NCBI GenBank assembly: GCA_040905565.1
Contig: JBBDRF010000004.1
Location: 1 to 60,628, forward strand
DNA length: 60,628 bases
Reading direction: 5' to 3'
From: Phycisphaeraceae bacterium
Lineage (GTDB): Bacteria; Planctomycetota; Phycisphaerae; Phycisphaerales; Zrk34
Below are positions 19,546 through 28,944 of this stretch, piece after piece. Both the position numbers and the translations under genes were made by a program. How positions within the stretch are numbered: the first letter of the stretch is position 1; each line of letters begins with the position of its first letter. Below the pieces are notes generated by a model. It did not search any database and was not told where the DNA came from. It saw nothing but the letters and a program-made list of their open reading frames with translations.

Positions 19546-19606
19546 GAAGCCCACGGCGCCCCTCCGTAGGTAGCGCTGAGAGAGAGCCGGGCTGTCCCCA
19601 GCCCGG
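19546..19606 (+). repeat. Degenerate family C REP (19546-19570) followed by family B REP (19583-19606)
   Basis: gaagcccacggcgcccctccgtagg and agagccgggctgtccccagcccgg. Confidence 0.8.
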
Positions 19607-19612
19607 TGGCGC

Positions 19613-20413
19613 CTACGCAGGTTGGGCGGCAGAAGGCTTGAAATCATCAACCGCCGTCGCCGCTTCGCCATCGCCGGCACCGCTACGGATACGCACCGCC
19701 ACCTGCTGATCGCGATCGCAATAACCGATGTAGCTGAAATCAAGCCCCGTCGCCTCGGCGAATTCGAGCAGCGCTTTGTGTTCGCCCTCGCGCCAGTGGG
19801 GGTAGCCGAAGTATTCGTCGAAGACGATCACCGTGCCGGGGCGGATCTGCTCGCTGAGTGTCTCGAATACCGTGCGGGCGGAGGAGTAGATATCCGAATC
19901 TACATGCACAAAGCTGCAACGCTGACGATGCTCCGCCACGAACGCCGGCAGCGTCTCATCGAACCAGCCCTTAATCAACCGCACATTCTCGCGGACCCTC
20001 GGCAGCCGACCGTTCGTATCGAACGCGCCCTTACGCCAGATCGCCCACGATTCGGGCAGCCCTTCGAACGAATCAAACCCGTACAGCGTCTGCTCCGGCC
20101 GACGGGCCGCCACGTGGTTCAGCGTCACCCCGCGGTACACGCCGAACTCCAGGTGCAGCCCTTCGTGGTCGGCGTAAGTCAAAGCGTGGTCAAGCAGATC
20201 GTACTTGTCCTCGAACGCAGGCACGCCCGGCATCTGCGCTTCAATGAAATCAACGGTGTCGGCGATCGCGCGACGAAACCGCTCCCGCCGAACATCGCCC
20301 ACATCGTCACGTGCCCCCTCAGCCAACACGTCGGCGAAGAAATGTTTGTAGCCTGTCCGCGCCACTCCCCGAACGGCCTGTTTCAACAGCGTTTTCACCT
20401 GGCATCCCCCCAC
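19613..20413 (-). CDS. Class I SAM methyltransferase, TylF/MycF-like
   Basis: LEFGVYRG, GFDSFEGLPE, KGWFDETL, HVDSDIYSS, VFDEY; start uncertain. Confidence 0.85.
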   Translation of the reverse strand: MGGCQVKTLLKQAVRGVARTGYKHFFADVLAEGARDDVGDVRRERFRRAIADTVDFIEAQMPGVPAFEDKYDLLDHALTYADHEGLHLEFGVYRGVTLNHVAARRPEQTLYGFDSFEGLPESWAIWRKGAFDTNGRLPRVRENVRLIKGWFDETLPAFVAEHRQRCSFVHVDSDIYSSARTVFETLSEQIRPGTVIVFDEYFGYPHWREGEHKALLEFAEATGLDFSYIGYCDRDQQVAVRIRSGAGDGEAATAVDDFKPSAAQPA

Positions 20414-20511
20414 GAGTTAAAGCGAACCCCTCCCGCGTCGACGCATTGTACCGGGCATCAACGGCCGTTTCTCCGCCATCTGCCATCCCCCCGAGCGGGT
20501 AAACTAGGGAG

Positions 20512-21444
20512 ATGAGAATCGCGAAATTGTTGCCGTTGACCGCCGATGAACGCGCGTTGCGTGCACGACTGCGTGAGCATGTACACCAGTTGGCGGGCGT
20601 CGTCGGAGCGCGGCACATGGATGCTCCGGGCACGCTCGAAGCGGCGGCCGATTATGTCGAGCGCACGCTCACCAGCGTCGCCGGGGAGCCGGTCACGCGT
20701 CACCGGTTTCCCGTCGGCCATCGTCATGCCGAGAACCTGATCCTCGAACGCCTCGGCACCACGCACCCCGACCGTGTCGTCGTCGTCGGCGCTCACTATG
20801 ACACCGTGCCTGAATCCCCCGGCGCCGACGACAACGCCTCCGCCGTTGCCATGCTCATCGAAACCGCCCGGCTGCTCGCAGGCCGACCATCACAATACAC
20901 GCTTCGCTTCGTCGCCTTCGCCAATGAGGAATCGCCACATTACGATCTGGGCACCATGGGCAGCGAGCATTACGCCCAGCATTGCCTGACCGACGACCGC
21001 TGCGTCATCCACGCCATGCTCTGCCTGGAGATGGTCGGCTACTACCGCACCGAGCCCAACAGCCAACGCATTCCGCCCGCACTGCCGAAGTTCGCCCGCC
21101 ACTTCCTACCCACGCGTGGCGACTTCATCTCAGCCGTCGCCAACCCGCGCTCGGTGCCGTTGCTGCTGCGTTTTCGGCGGGGGTTTCGAAAGGCCAGTCG
21201 CTTCCCGCTGCTGCCGATCGCATTGCCCGAGCGCATTCGCGATATCACCCGCTCCGACCATCGCCCTTTCTGGGACGCCAACATTCCCGCCCTCATGCTC
21301 ACCGACACCAGCTACCTGCGGAACCCGCACTATCACCAGCCGACCGACCTGCCCGACACCCTCGACTACGAACGCTTCACCCGCGCCACCCTCGGCACAG
21401 CAGGGGGGATCGCCGCAATCGCCCGCATGAAGCCCAGGGCGTAA
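20512..21444 (+). CDS. M28-family peptidase
   Basis: GAHYDT, GADDNASA, NEE, RSDH, YHQPTD. Confidence 0.9.
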   Translation: MRIAKLLPLTADERALRARLREHVHQLAGVVGARHMDAPGTLEAAADYVERTLTSVAGEPVTRHRFPVGHRHAENLILERLGTTHPDRVVVVGAHYDTVPESPGADDNASAVAMLIETARLLAGRPSQYTLRFVAFANEESPHYDLGTMGSEHYAQHCLTDDRCVIHAMLCLEMVGYYRTEPNSQRIPPALPKFARHFLPTRGDFISAVANPRSVPLLLRFRRGFRKASRFPLLPIALPERIRDITRSDHRPFWDANIPALMLTDTSYLRNPHYHQPTDLPDTLDYERFTRATLGTAGGIAAIARMKPRA

Positions 21445-21453
21445 CGCCGTGGG
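21429..21453 (+). repeat. REP family C copy overlapping the M28 peptidase stop codon
   Basis: gaagcccagggcgtaacgccgtggg; the TAA at 21442-21444 lies in the loop. Confidence 0.8.
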
Positions 21454-21494
21454 GCGAGCGGCGTATAGCAACACGATATCGGTCCCATTTCGAG

Positions 21495-22208
21495 TTAATC
21501 TGATATGTGCTGCCAGACTATTTCTGCAATGGCCCTGTAACCATCCTTATTAGGATGTACGCCATCATTCTCAGTAAACAGCTCTGGCCTGTGATCCAAC
21601 GGTCCATTGAGGTCAATCATCTGGACATCCTTCTCCTTGGCAACCCTTTCTATCATCCCAATAAGCTCTTGAAGTCTCGGTTTCCGGACCGTTAATCCGG
21701 CTACTCGTTCATCACTGAGGCCCGGCGTTTCCAGAACCATCGGCGAGGGAGCACAGATGTAGATTTGTGGTCTCGACGGCAATTTCGATAATTCATCGAT
21801 CAGGTCACGATAGTCGCCTTCGAATTCGTCCTTGAACTCCCAGCACTTCCTGTCCCCGCAGGTGCCCATACCGCAGGTATCGTTCGTTCCGAGACTGATG
21901 ATGATAATGTCGGGGTTCGTTTTCTTTAGCTTGGGCAGTTCGTTCCATACGGTCGGGACGCCTTTTCTTATAAGGGTACACCCTCCGACGCCCAGATTGT
22001 CGACGGCATATCCTTCTCCCAGAAGGAGTTGTAATTGAGCCGGATAGGAGTGTTTGCTCCTGTCCTCGACTCGAGCCCCGTACGTGATGCTATCACCAAC
22101 ACAAGCAACTTTGAGCGGGTCCTTGGTCCCAGTCCCAAAAGAGAAAGGTGCTACCAATAGCGTTGTGAAAAGTAGAATGAAAACGATAAACGTGTTTCTG
22201 TTTTGCAT
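21495..22208 (-). CDS. SGNH/GDSL esterase, AT-richer than host genes
   Basis: CVGDSIT, NLGVGG, LGTND, DGVHP blocks; signal peptide. Confidence 0.9.
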   Translation of the reverse strand: MQNRNTFIVFILLFTTLLVAPFSFGTGTKDPLKVACVGDSITYGARVEDRSKHSYPAQLQLLLGEGYAVDNLGVGGCTLIRKGVPTVWNELPKLKKTNPDIIIISLGTNDTCGMGTCGDRKCWEFKDEFEGDYRDLIDELSKLPSRPQIYICAPSPMVLETPGLSDERVAGLTVRKPRLQELIGMIERVAKEKDVQMIDLNGPLDHRPELFTENDGVHPNKDGYRAIAEIVWQHISD

Positions 22209-22469
22209 GTCCCTAATCTTCCATCTTAAACACGATGCACCTTCGGTAAGCTGCGTGGCACCCATAATCGCTACTGGCCACCAGGCGTTTCGACTGAAGC
22301 ATCTCCACAAGCTCCTTACAAACCGTTAAGGGTGCTGTGTGCCGGTCGCCAATGCAGTTGATTGTAACGTGACGCTACCGGCATGGCAGAACCCAGATCA
22401 ATCAAGCTGAAAGATGAACTGACGCTACACGCACCCACCCTGCGCGATGCTGTGTGGCACGCACCCGGA

Positions 22470-22494
22470 CCCACGACGATACGCCGTGGGCTTC
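22470..22494 (-). repeat. REP family C copy
   Basis: cccacgacgatacgccgtgggcttc, inverted relative to 21429-21453. Confidence 0.8.
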
Positions 22495-22549
22495 GGGTAT
22501 GGATGGTGGTGGGGGGGGCTGTTGTTTGGGGGCCACGCTTGGCCGCTCG

Positions 22550-22576
22550 GGATGTGGTGACGGGGCAACATCCTAC
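22550..22576 (-). repeat. GTAG-type REP-like hairpin (single copy in window)
   Basis: Reverse complement GTAG-GATGTTG...CCACATCC. Confidence 0.45.
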
Positions 22577-22696
22577 CCAGAACATCGCGATCGGCCTCGG
22601 GGCAGGGGGCGGCGCATCACCCTATGGTGCGGTGGTTTGGGGTGAGTTTGCTCTTGAGCCGTGGTCGTTGGCACCCGGGTTGAACACGGTAAAAGC

Positions 22697-23098
22697 ATGA
22701 GTGGGAAAAAGATCGCAATTCGTTGGATGCTGCTGACAGCCGTCGCGATGGTGCCCGTCGGCTGCAACGCCTCGCCCGCCGACCGTGGGCCAAGCAATCC
22801 GTACGCCACCTCGACAACGTACAACCAGGCAGCCTTGGCGCGGGAGACGTTCACCGCGCATCATCCGGGCATGGTGGTGGGCGGCCCCGGCGCGACGACG
22901 GCCTCGGCGGACGGTGCCGCCCCCTGGTGGTTCAGCCGAAACGACGGCCGAATGAACATCCGCGAAGGCGACCTCAAGCATCAGCAGGAGGCGGTGCGTG
23001 TGCGGATCTGGGATCGCCAGTCCAGCCACCACGGGGATGTCCACAACAGCTACCGCCGATCGGTGCGTCTGGAACGGTACAAACATCTGATCCGCTGA
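22697..23098 (+). CDS. Putative lipoprotein
   Basis: Basic N-terminus, hydrophobic core, VPVGC lipobox-like motif. Confidence 0.65.
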   Translation: MSGKKIAIRWMLLTAVAMVPVGCNASPADRGPSNPYATSTTYNQAALARETFTAHHPGMVVGGPGATTASADGAAPWWFSRNDGRMNIREGDLKHQQEAVRVRIWDRQSSHHGDVHNSYRRSVRLERYKHLIR

Positions 23099-23156
23099 GG
23101 CATAGGCAACGGGGGCTTCGGTTTTTCCCCCATCGGCGGGCTCCGCAAAAACTGGC

Positions 23157-23185
23157 TTGACCGGCTCGCAGGGTGCGGGCATACT
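23157..23185 (+). promoter_or_regulatory. Sigma70-like promoter for the HU gene
   Basis: TTGACC-17 bp-CATACT. Confidence 0.55.
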
Positions 23186-23302
23186 GTCGTATGTACGCAG
23201 CGGTTACGTGAGTCTCCGCCCGAGAATCCGCTGCCGGGACCGTTTTTCGTTTCATCCACTCTGGCGTCTGACCCAGCTCTGACAGAACACAAAGGAGTTC
23301 CC

Positions 23303-23644
23303 ATGGCGACGGTAACCAAGAAGGAACTGATCGATCGCATTGCTGACGCCACGGGCGAGAAGCGCGTTACCGTGAAGAAAATTGTCCAAAGCTTTCTCGA
23401 TAACATCATCGTTGAGCTGGGCAAAGGTAATCGCTTGGAGTTCCGTGATTTCGGCGTGTTCGAAATCCGCCACCGTGCCGCTCGCCTGGCGCAGAACCCC
23501 AAGACGCTCGAGCGTGTGGAGGTGCCTTCGAAGCGGACGGTGAAGTTCAAAGTCGGCCGCATGATGAAGCAGGCGCTCACCAGCGGTGACACCGACGGCG
23601 AAGAAGAGGGCTCGGCCGCGGGGCTTGATGAAGATTTCAACTGA
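23303..23644 (+). CDS. HU/IHF-family DNA-binding protein
   Basis: TKKELI, LEFRDFGVF, AQNPKT, VKFKVG; AAGGAG Shine-Dalgarno. Confidence 0.95.
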   Translation: MATVTKKELIDRIADATGEKRVTVKKIVQSFLDNIIVELGKGNRLEFRDFGVFEIRHRAARLAQNPKTLERVEVPSKRTVKFKVGRMMKQALTSGDTDGEEEGSAAGLDEDFN

Positions 23645-23672
23645 TCGGCGCGGGGACGGTGCCGGCGGTGAT

Positions 23673-23816
23673 ACGAGCCGCGACCGTGAGGGAGCGGGAC
23701 GGCCTCCGACCGCCACAGGCCGGTCGGAGGGGCGGCACAAGTCCCAGAGGTTGCTCGCAGCCGTGGCGGTTTGTCCATTTCACGCACACAACCGCTCCCT
23801 TACGGTCGCGGCTCGT
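23673..23816. repeat. Inverted doublet of REP family A (23673-23697 +, 23791-23816 -)
   Basis: acgagccgcgaccgtgagggagcgg ... accgctcccttacggtcgcggctcgt. Confidence 0.9.
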
Positions 23817-23857
23817 TGGCGGACGCTTGCACGGATGCCGCTGGGAGTGGGCGGTTG

Positions 23858-25033
23858 ATGCGGCAGTGGTTGACGCGACTTAGCGACGATCTCTCGCGCC
23901 GGCGGGCGTCGTCGTTGCATCGGCAGCTCCGGCCGCTGGATCGGCCCGGGCCGGTGGTGCGGCGGGGGCGGCAGCCGCTGATCAACCTCGCATCCAACGA
24001 TTACCTGGGCCTCTCGCAGCACCCGCGGCTGCGGGAAGCGGTGGCAGACGCAGCACGTGAGTTCGGCGTGGGGGCGGGCGCGAGCCGACTCGTCGCGGGA
24101 CATCTTCAGCTTCATCAACAACTCGAACAGCGCCTGGCGGTCTTCAAGCACGCGCCGGCGGCGCTGGTGACGCCGACGGGCTACATGGCCAATCTCGCAG
24201 CGGTGACGGCGCTGGCCGACGCGCGCGACGCGATCTTCCTCGACAAGCTCAATCACGCGAGCCTGATCGACGCCGCCCGGGCATCGGGGGCAGCGGTGCG
24301 TACGTTCCCGCATCGCAACATCGACAAACTCCATCGTCTGCTCGGCCGATACGGCGACGCAAGGCGACGCTTGATCCTCACCGACACCGTGTTCTCCATG
24401 GACGGCGACGCGGCCGACCTGCCCCGGCTCTGCGAGGTACGCGACCGGTACAGCGCTGTGCTGCTGATTGATGAAGCCCACGCCACGGGCGTCCTCGGTG
24501 CCACCGGTGCAGGGTTGGCGGAGGCGCAGGGCGTGGCGGGCGAAATCGACGTGACCGTCTCAACGGCTAGCAAGGCGCTGGGATCGTTGGGCGGATTCAT
24601 CTCGGCCGACGCGGTCGTCATCGAAACGCTGATCAACCACGCGCGAGCGTTCATCTACACCACCGCGATTCCCCCCACCACGGCGGCGGCCATTCTCGCG
24701 GCCCTCGATGTTTTGCGTGACGAACCGGAACGGCGTGCGAAGCTGGCGAACATGAGCCGCACCTTACGCCGGGCGCTCCGCCAACACGGCTGGCAAATCG
24801 ATGAAACGGGCCCTGCCACGCCGATCATTCCGTTGATTGTGGGGACGCCCAGCGGCGCGATCGACCTGGCGGCTCGGCTGGAGCATGCCGGCTTTCTTGC
24901 CCCCGCCATCCGCACCCCCACCGTCCCCGGAGGCACCGACCGCGTGCGGCTGTCACTCCGCGCCGACCTCACCGATGAACACCTCGCTCGCCTCATCGAC
25001 GCCGTCGGCCCTCCGCCGGCCTCCGCGCGCTAA
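23858..25033 (+). CDS. bioF: 8-amino-7-oxononanoate synthase
   Basis: SNDYLGL, GAGASRL, NHASLID, FSMDGD, DEAH, TASKALG. Confidence 0.92.
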   Translation: MRQWLTRLSDDLSRRRASSLHRQLRPLDRPGPVVRRGRQPLINLASNDYLGLSQHPRLREAVADAAREFGVGAGASRLVAGHLQLHQQLEQRLAVFKHAPAALVTPTGYMANLAAVTALADARDAIFLDKLNHASLIDAARASGAAVRTFPHRNIDKLHRLLGRYGDARRRLILTDTVFSMDGDAADLPRLCEVRDRYSAVLLIDEAHATGVLGATGAGLAEAQGVAGEIDVTVSTASKALGSLGGFISADAVVIETLINHARAFIYTTAIPPTTAAAILAALDVLRDEPERRAKLANMSRTLRRALRQHGWQIDETGPATPIIPLIVGTPSGAIDLAARLEHAGFLAPAIRTPTVPGGTDRVRLSLRADLTDEHLARLIDAVGPPPASAR

Positions 25034-25051
25034 AACACTTGGCGGCGCCGC

Positions 25052-25399
25052 TCAGTCCCACTCGGGCTTTTCGCCTTTGACCTTCTTCTCAACGTATTTT
25101 TTAACCCAGGTCTCCCAGCTCTTGCCGGCGGCGGTGTCGCGACCGCTGAACTCGAGGCGACGGATGTCGGCGTAGGAGACCTCCAGCCGCTCATTGCTGT
25201 CGGCGGGCATCATGCGGACGGTGGAATCCTCCAGCCCCTGACCCATCCGGCGGTCGAAGATGTAGCCGCTGACCTTCCGCCCGTCTTCGAGCGTCAGCGT
25301 CACATCGCCCCGGTAATCGAAGGCCTTATTCAAAGCCTCGCACACTTCCGCGCGGTCGGCGAACTCTGGGATCCATCCCTCTAGCGTCTGGTCACTCAT
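25052..25399 (-). CDS. Hypothetical protein
   Basis: ORF MSDQTLEGW... containing AFDYRGDVT and FSGRDTAAGKSWETW; coding-like composition. Confidence 0.7.
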   Translation of the reverse strand: MSDQTLEGWIPEFADRAEVCEALNKAFDYRGDVTLTLEDGRKVSGYIFDRRMGQGLEDSTVRMMPADSNERLEVSYADIRRLEFSGRDTAAGKSWETWVKKYVEKKVKGEKPEWD

Positions 25400-25539
25400 C
25401 ACATTCCCTGCTTGAAAAGCTGGCGTCCTCGTCGGTCGAATCCGTGATTGTACCCCCGGCCGCTTTGTGTCACCAACAGCACGCGGCAGGAGATGACCGG
25501 GCTGCGGACAGCTCGGCTCTCTGCGGGCGGGGGGGCACA

Positions 25540-27165
25540 TCAGTCGTTGCGGGGGACCTGGAGGTTGAGCCTCTCCGTGCGGTCGCCGAGGTCGAGGCTC
25601 GTGATGGTCACGCCCGCTTCGACCTGGAAGATGATGAGCAGGCGTTCCTCTTCGCCGACGCTGCCGATGTTGAGCTCCGAAAGCGATCGAACCGTGCGTG
25701 TGGGATCGATCGAGAAGCGGAGGGCTCGGCCTGAGGTGGCGATGTAGCCGATGGGGAAGTACCGCGTGCCGTGCTGATCGGTGAGGATCGGCGCCTGCGT
25801 CGCGGCCGTCGCGGTGCGGATCACGCGGCCGAGGAGCGTCGTCGGCTCGTTCCGGCCGAGGTTGACCTGCACAATGCGGGCGTTCTCGGCGTGATGGATT
25901 TTGTTCACCGAGAGGTTCTGGCCCGGTCGACCGCCGTCGGTGATGTTCGCCGCCCCGGCGTAAAGCGTGTCGCCTTCGACCTCGACGTTGCGACGCTCGA
26001 GGATGCCGCGGTCGACGGTAATCGGCAGCGAATCGCTGACGGTGGCGACGTCGCTGAGATCCTGCGTGTTTTCCGCAGCGGCCTGGTCGGCCACGGCCGG
26101 CCGATCGTAGCCGAGCAGCGCCTGAACGGCGGCGACTTCTTCAACGGTTTCATCGGGGACCGCAACGCGGGCATTCTTCACGCGGATGAAGCGGGGCTCG
26201 GCATCGGCGGGAAGGCGGAAAACCCAGTGATACGCGACGCGGTCGCCGAGGCCCGTGGCGTAGATGCCGGCGACCGTGAGGGCGCCGAAGTCGCCACGCT
26301 GAATGATGCCCAGCGGGTGGGCGAAGCCGCCCGTGCCGTCACTGTTTTCGTAGGTGAGCGTGACCTGGTGAGGCGTGGCGCGGAAGCTGCCGTCGCCGTC
26401 AGCGCCGCCCTGACCTTCCTCAGCCTGAAGAATGATCTCGGTGCCGACGACGGCGATGCGCTGATCGGCGTTGAGGACGAGGTCGCCGTGCTCGGCGAGG
26501 CGGCTCGGCAGCGTCTCCAGCAGGTACAGCGGCTCTTCTTCCATCAGCTGCAGGTTCGCCGGGCGGAGGGCGCGTCGGCTATCGGGGAAGCTGGCGTGAT
26601 TGTAGAGGCTGGCCTCAAGAGAAAGATCGCGGTAGTAGTGCGACGTCGGCGCGTCGGCGAAGACGGGTGCCATCGAACCTTCGGTGAGGCGGCTGAACAC
26701 GTCGGCGGTAATGCGATCGACGGGGACCCAGAGTGTGTCGGCACGCTCGGGCTCCTGCGTCTCGCCGAGCGTCCACGGGCGGTACTCGAAGAACTCGGGC
26801 ATGCCTGTCATCTGCAGCGCGATGATGAGCACGCCGCCGGTCAGCGTCCCGCTGCCGAGGCCGACCACGCCGCCGCCGATGCGGTCGAACAGATGCGGGA
26901 ACAGCACGTTGTTGGGCACGAATTTGTCGGTGAGATAGCGCAGCAGGAACATCGACGTGACGAACGGCAGCAGCAGCGCCACGCCCCACGCATGGTCGGG
27001 CATGCGATCGAGCAGCCAGTTCATGGCAATCGGCTCCCACACCGCCAGCGCGATGAGGCCCGACAGCAGCGTGATCAGCAGATGAAGGAAGGCACTGAAA
27101 AGGCCCTGTTCGGACCACCAGTAGATCATCAGCAGGACAAACAATGCGACGAAAATATTGAGCAT
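25540..27165 (-). CDS. CvpA-like membrane protein with large soluble C-terminal region
   Basis: N-terminal TM helices with GLFSAFL and DRIGGGVVGL, typical of the CvpA family. Confidence 0.65.
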   Translation of the reverse strand: MLNIFVALFVLLMIYWWSEQGLFSAFLHLLITLLSGLIALAVWEPIAMNWLLDRMPDHAWGVALLLPFVTSMFLLRYLTDKFVPNNVLFPHLFDRIGGGVVGLGSGTLTGGVLIIALQMTGMPEFFEYRPWTLGETQEPERADTLWVPVDRITADVFSRLTEGSMAPVFADAPTSHYYRDLSLEASLYNHASFPDSRRALRPANLQLMEEEPLYLLETLPSRLAEHGDLVLNADQRIAVVGTEIILQAEEGQGGADGDGSFRATPHQVTLTYENSDGTGGFAHPLGIIQRGDFGALTVAGIYATGLGDRVAYHWVFRLPADAEPRFIRVKNARVAVPDETVEEVAAVQALLGYDRPAVADQAAAENTQDLSDVATVSDSLPITVDRGILERRNVEVEGDTLYAGAANITDGGRPGQNLSVNKIHHAENARIVQVNLGRNEPTTLLGRVIRTATAATQAPILTDQHGTRYFPIGYIATSGRALRFSIDPTRTVRSLSELNIGSVGEEERLLIIFQVEAGVTITSLDLGDRTERLNLQVPRND

Positions 27166-27260
27166 CTCAGGCCCCTGGGCGTGCGATGGGGGTTAACTTT
27201 TTCGGCCGGGCCGACGGCGAGCTTCGCAGCTTCGGTCGCCTTCGGTGCCACGGAGAACGT

Positions 27261-28895
27261 TTACGAAGCCGCGGCGGCGGCCTCTTCCTTGGCGAGGCTT
27301 TGCGTGACCTCGCTGATGCTGGTTTGACCGGCGACGACCTTCGCGAGGGCCGCTTCCTGCAGCCACATCATCTTCTGCCGCCTCAGGTGCGTCCGCAGCG
27401 CATCAAGCTTGCCCGCGACGATCAGCTTCCGCGCTTCGTCGTCGATAATCATCAGTTCGAACGCAGCGGTCAGGCCTCGGTAGCCCAGACCGTTGCACGC
27501 GGGGCAAGGCTCGAGCTTGTTCTTGACCATCACCTTGCCGCTGGCTTTGTAGAGGTTCTGGATGCGATCGACGGGAAGGTTCAGCTTCCGCATCGCCTCG
27601 GCGTCGGGCTGATACTTCTGCCGACACACCGTGCAGAGCTTGCGGAGAAGCCGCTGCGAGATGATCGCGGCTGTGCCCTTGGCGACCGTCTCAGGATCGC
27701 CCACGGCTTTCGTCCAAACCTTCAAAGCGCCGAACGTGTCGGTGGCTTTGAGCCCGGCGTAAATGCGCGGCCCTTCGGGATCAAGGCCCGACCCGGCGAT
27801 GACCTTCGCAAGCTCGGGCTTCTGCACCGACCCGATCGCGACGACGCCCGGACTGCGAAGCAGCAGCGACTGAAGCTTCGCCGGCGTTTCATCCTGAGGC
27901 ACCTCGTGCAGCGTCACGCCTTCAAGATCCCGCTCGTGGGCGGCGGTGAAAACGTGGATGTCGCGGACGTACGGATCGTGCTTCTGCGACAGCGCGTAAA
28001 GCGTGGCCGAGCGGCCCTGCTTGCTGGGGGCGGCAACGATGACGACTTTGCCGATCTCTTCCAGTAGCGGCTGAAGACGCTCACGCTGATTGTCCAGCAG
28101 CCCCAGCTCCTTGTATTCGATATCCAGCTGAGCCTGTGCGTCGATGATGATCGTGCAGTTGAGGCCTCGCGTGGAGCCGGCGGTCATGACACGCAGATCG
28201 TGATCGCCGAACTCTTCGCTTTCGATCTTGCACTCGCCGGTCTGCTTCTTGCGGCGTTCCTCGACATCCATCTTGCACTGCGCTTTGAGGTAGTCGATCA
28301 TCGCCACCGTCTCGGCCGGAGGCATGCTGCCCTGCTTATAGCTGTGGTTGTCGACGACGATCTGCGCGGTGAAGCCGGTCTCGCTGCCGACGAGCTCGAT
28401 CCGCTGCGCGTTGCGGCGGAACGCCTGCTCGGCGAGCTCCTCAAACCGGATGTGCGGCTCGTGGTTCGGATCGTCAGGCGAGGGGATGCCCTTGAGGCCG
28501 CTCTTGCGGAAACGGAAGGTGGCGTTGCGGGCGGCGCGTTTCTCACGACGCGCGATGAGCGCGTTGCGGAAGCCCTGCAGGTCCATCGTCCATTTCGAAC
28601 CGGCGGGCGTGACGCGGTTGTGGTGGTTGATGTAAGCACCCGCACCGGCGCCGATGCAGACGATCGCCACGAAGAACCCGAGGATGAAGATCGGCATCAG
28701 GAACAGGGCGGCGAAACCGACCGCCCCGGCGATCAGCTGCAGCGTGTTCCATCGGAAACGGTTCAGGTGAAAATAGTCCGCGTCTTTATCGACCGCTGTG
28801 GCCCAGCGTGCCCAGGCGAACACCAGCGCAAAGCTGATGATGACCTTCGGAAGGCTGGTGAGAGCGACGGCCTGACTGACCAGCAGGATGCTCAT
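27261..28895 (-). CDS. GspE/PilB-like protein with N-terminal TM helices and degenerate ATPase motifs
   Basis: SQRLLRKLCTVC...CPACNGLGYRG zinc module; Walker A region APSKQGRSAT and Walker B region VVAIGSV are non-canonical. Confidence 0.8.
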   Translation of the reverse strand: MSILLVSQAVALTSLPKVIISFALVFAWARWATAVDKDADYFHLNRFRWNTLQLIAGAVGFAALFLMPIFILGFFVAIVCIGAGAGAYINHHNRVTPAGSKWTMDLQGFRNALIARREKRAARNATFRFRKSGLKGIPSPDDPNHEPHIRFEELAEQAFRRNAQRIELVGSETGFTAQIVVDNHSYKQGSMPPAETVAMIDYLKAQCKMDVEERRKKQTGECKIESEEFGDHDLRVMTAGSTRGLNCTIIIDAQAQLDIEYKELGLLDNQRERLQPLLEEIGKVVIVAAPSKQGRSATLYALSQKHDPYVRDIHVFTAAHERDLEGVTLHEVPQDETPAKLQSLLLRSPGVVAIGSVQKPELAKVIAGSGLDPEGPRIYAGLKATDTFGALKVWTKAVGDPETVAKGTAAIISQRLLRKLCTVCRQKYQPDAEAMRKLNLPVDRIQNLYKASGKVMVKNKLEPCPACNGLGYRGLTAAFELMIIDDEARKLIVAGKLDALRTHLRRQKMMWLQEAALAKVVAGQTSISEVTQSLAKEEAAAAAS

Positions 28896-28944
28896 GCGAT
28901 GTGCGGCTCCATGGGGAGGGATCGGAGTAGGGTTGCGATCGGGA

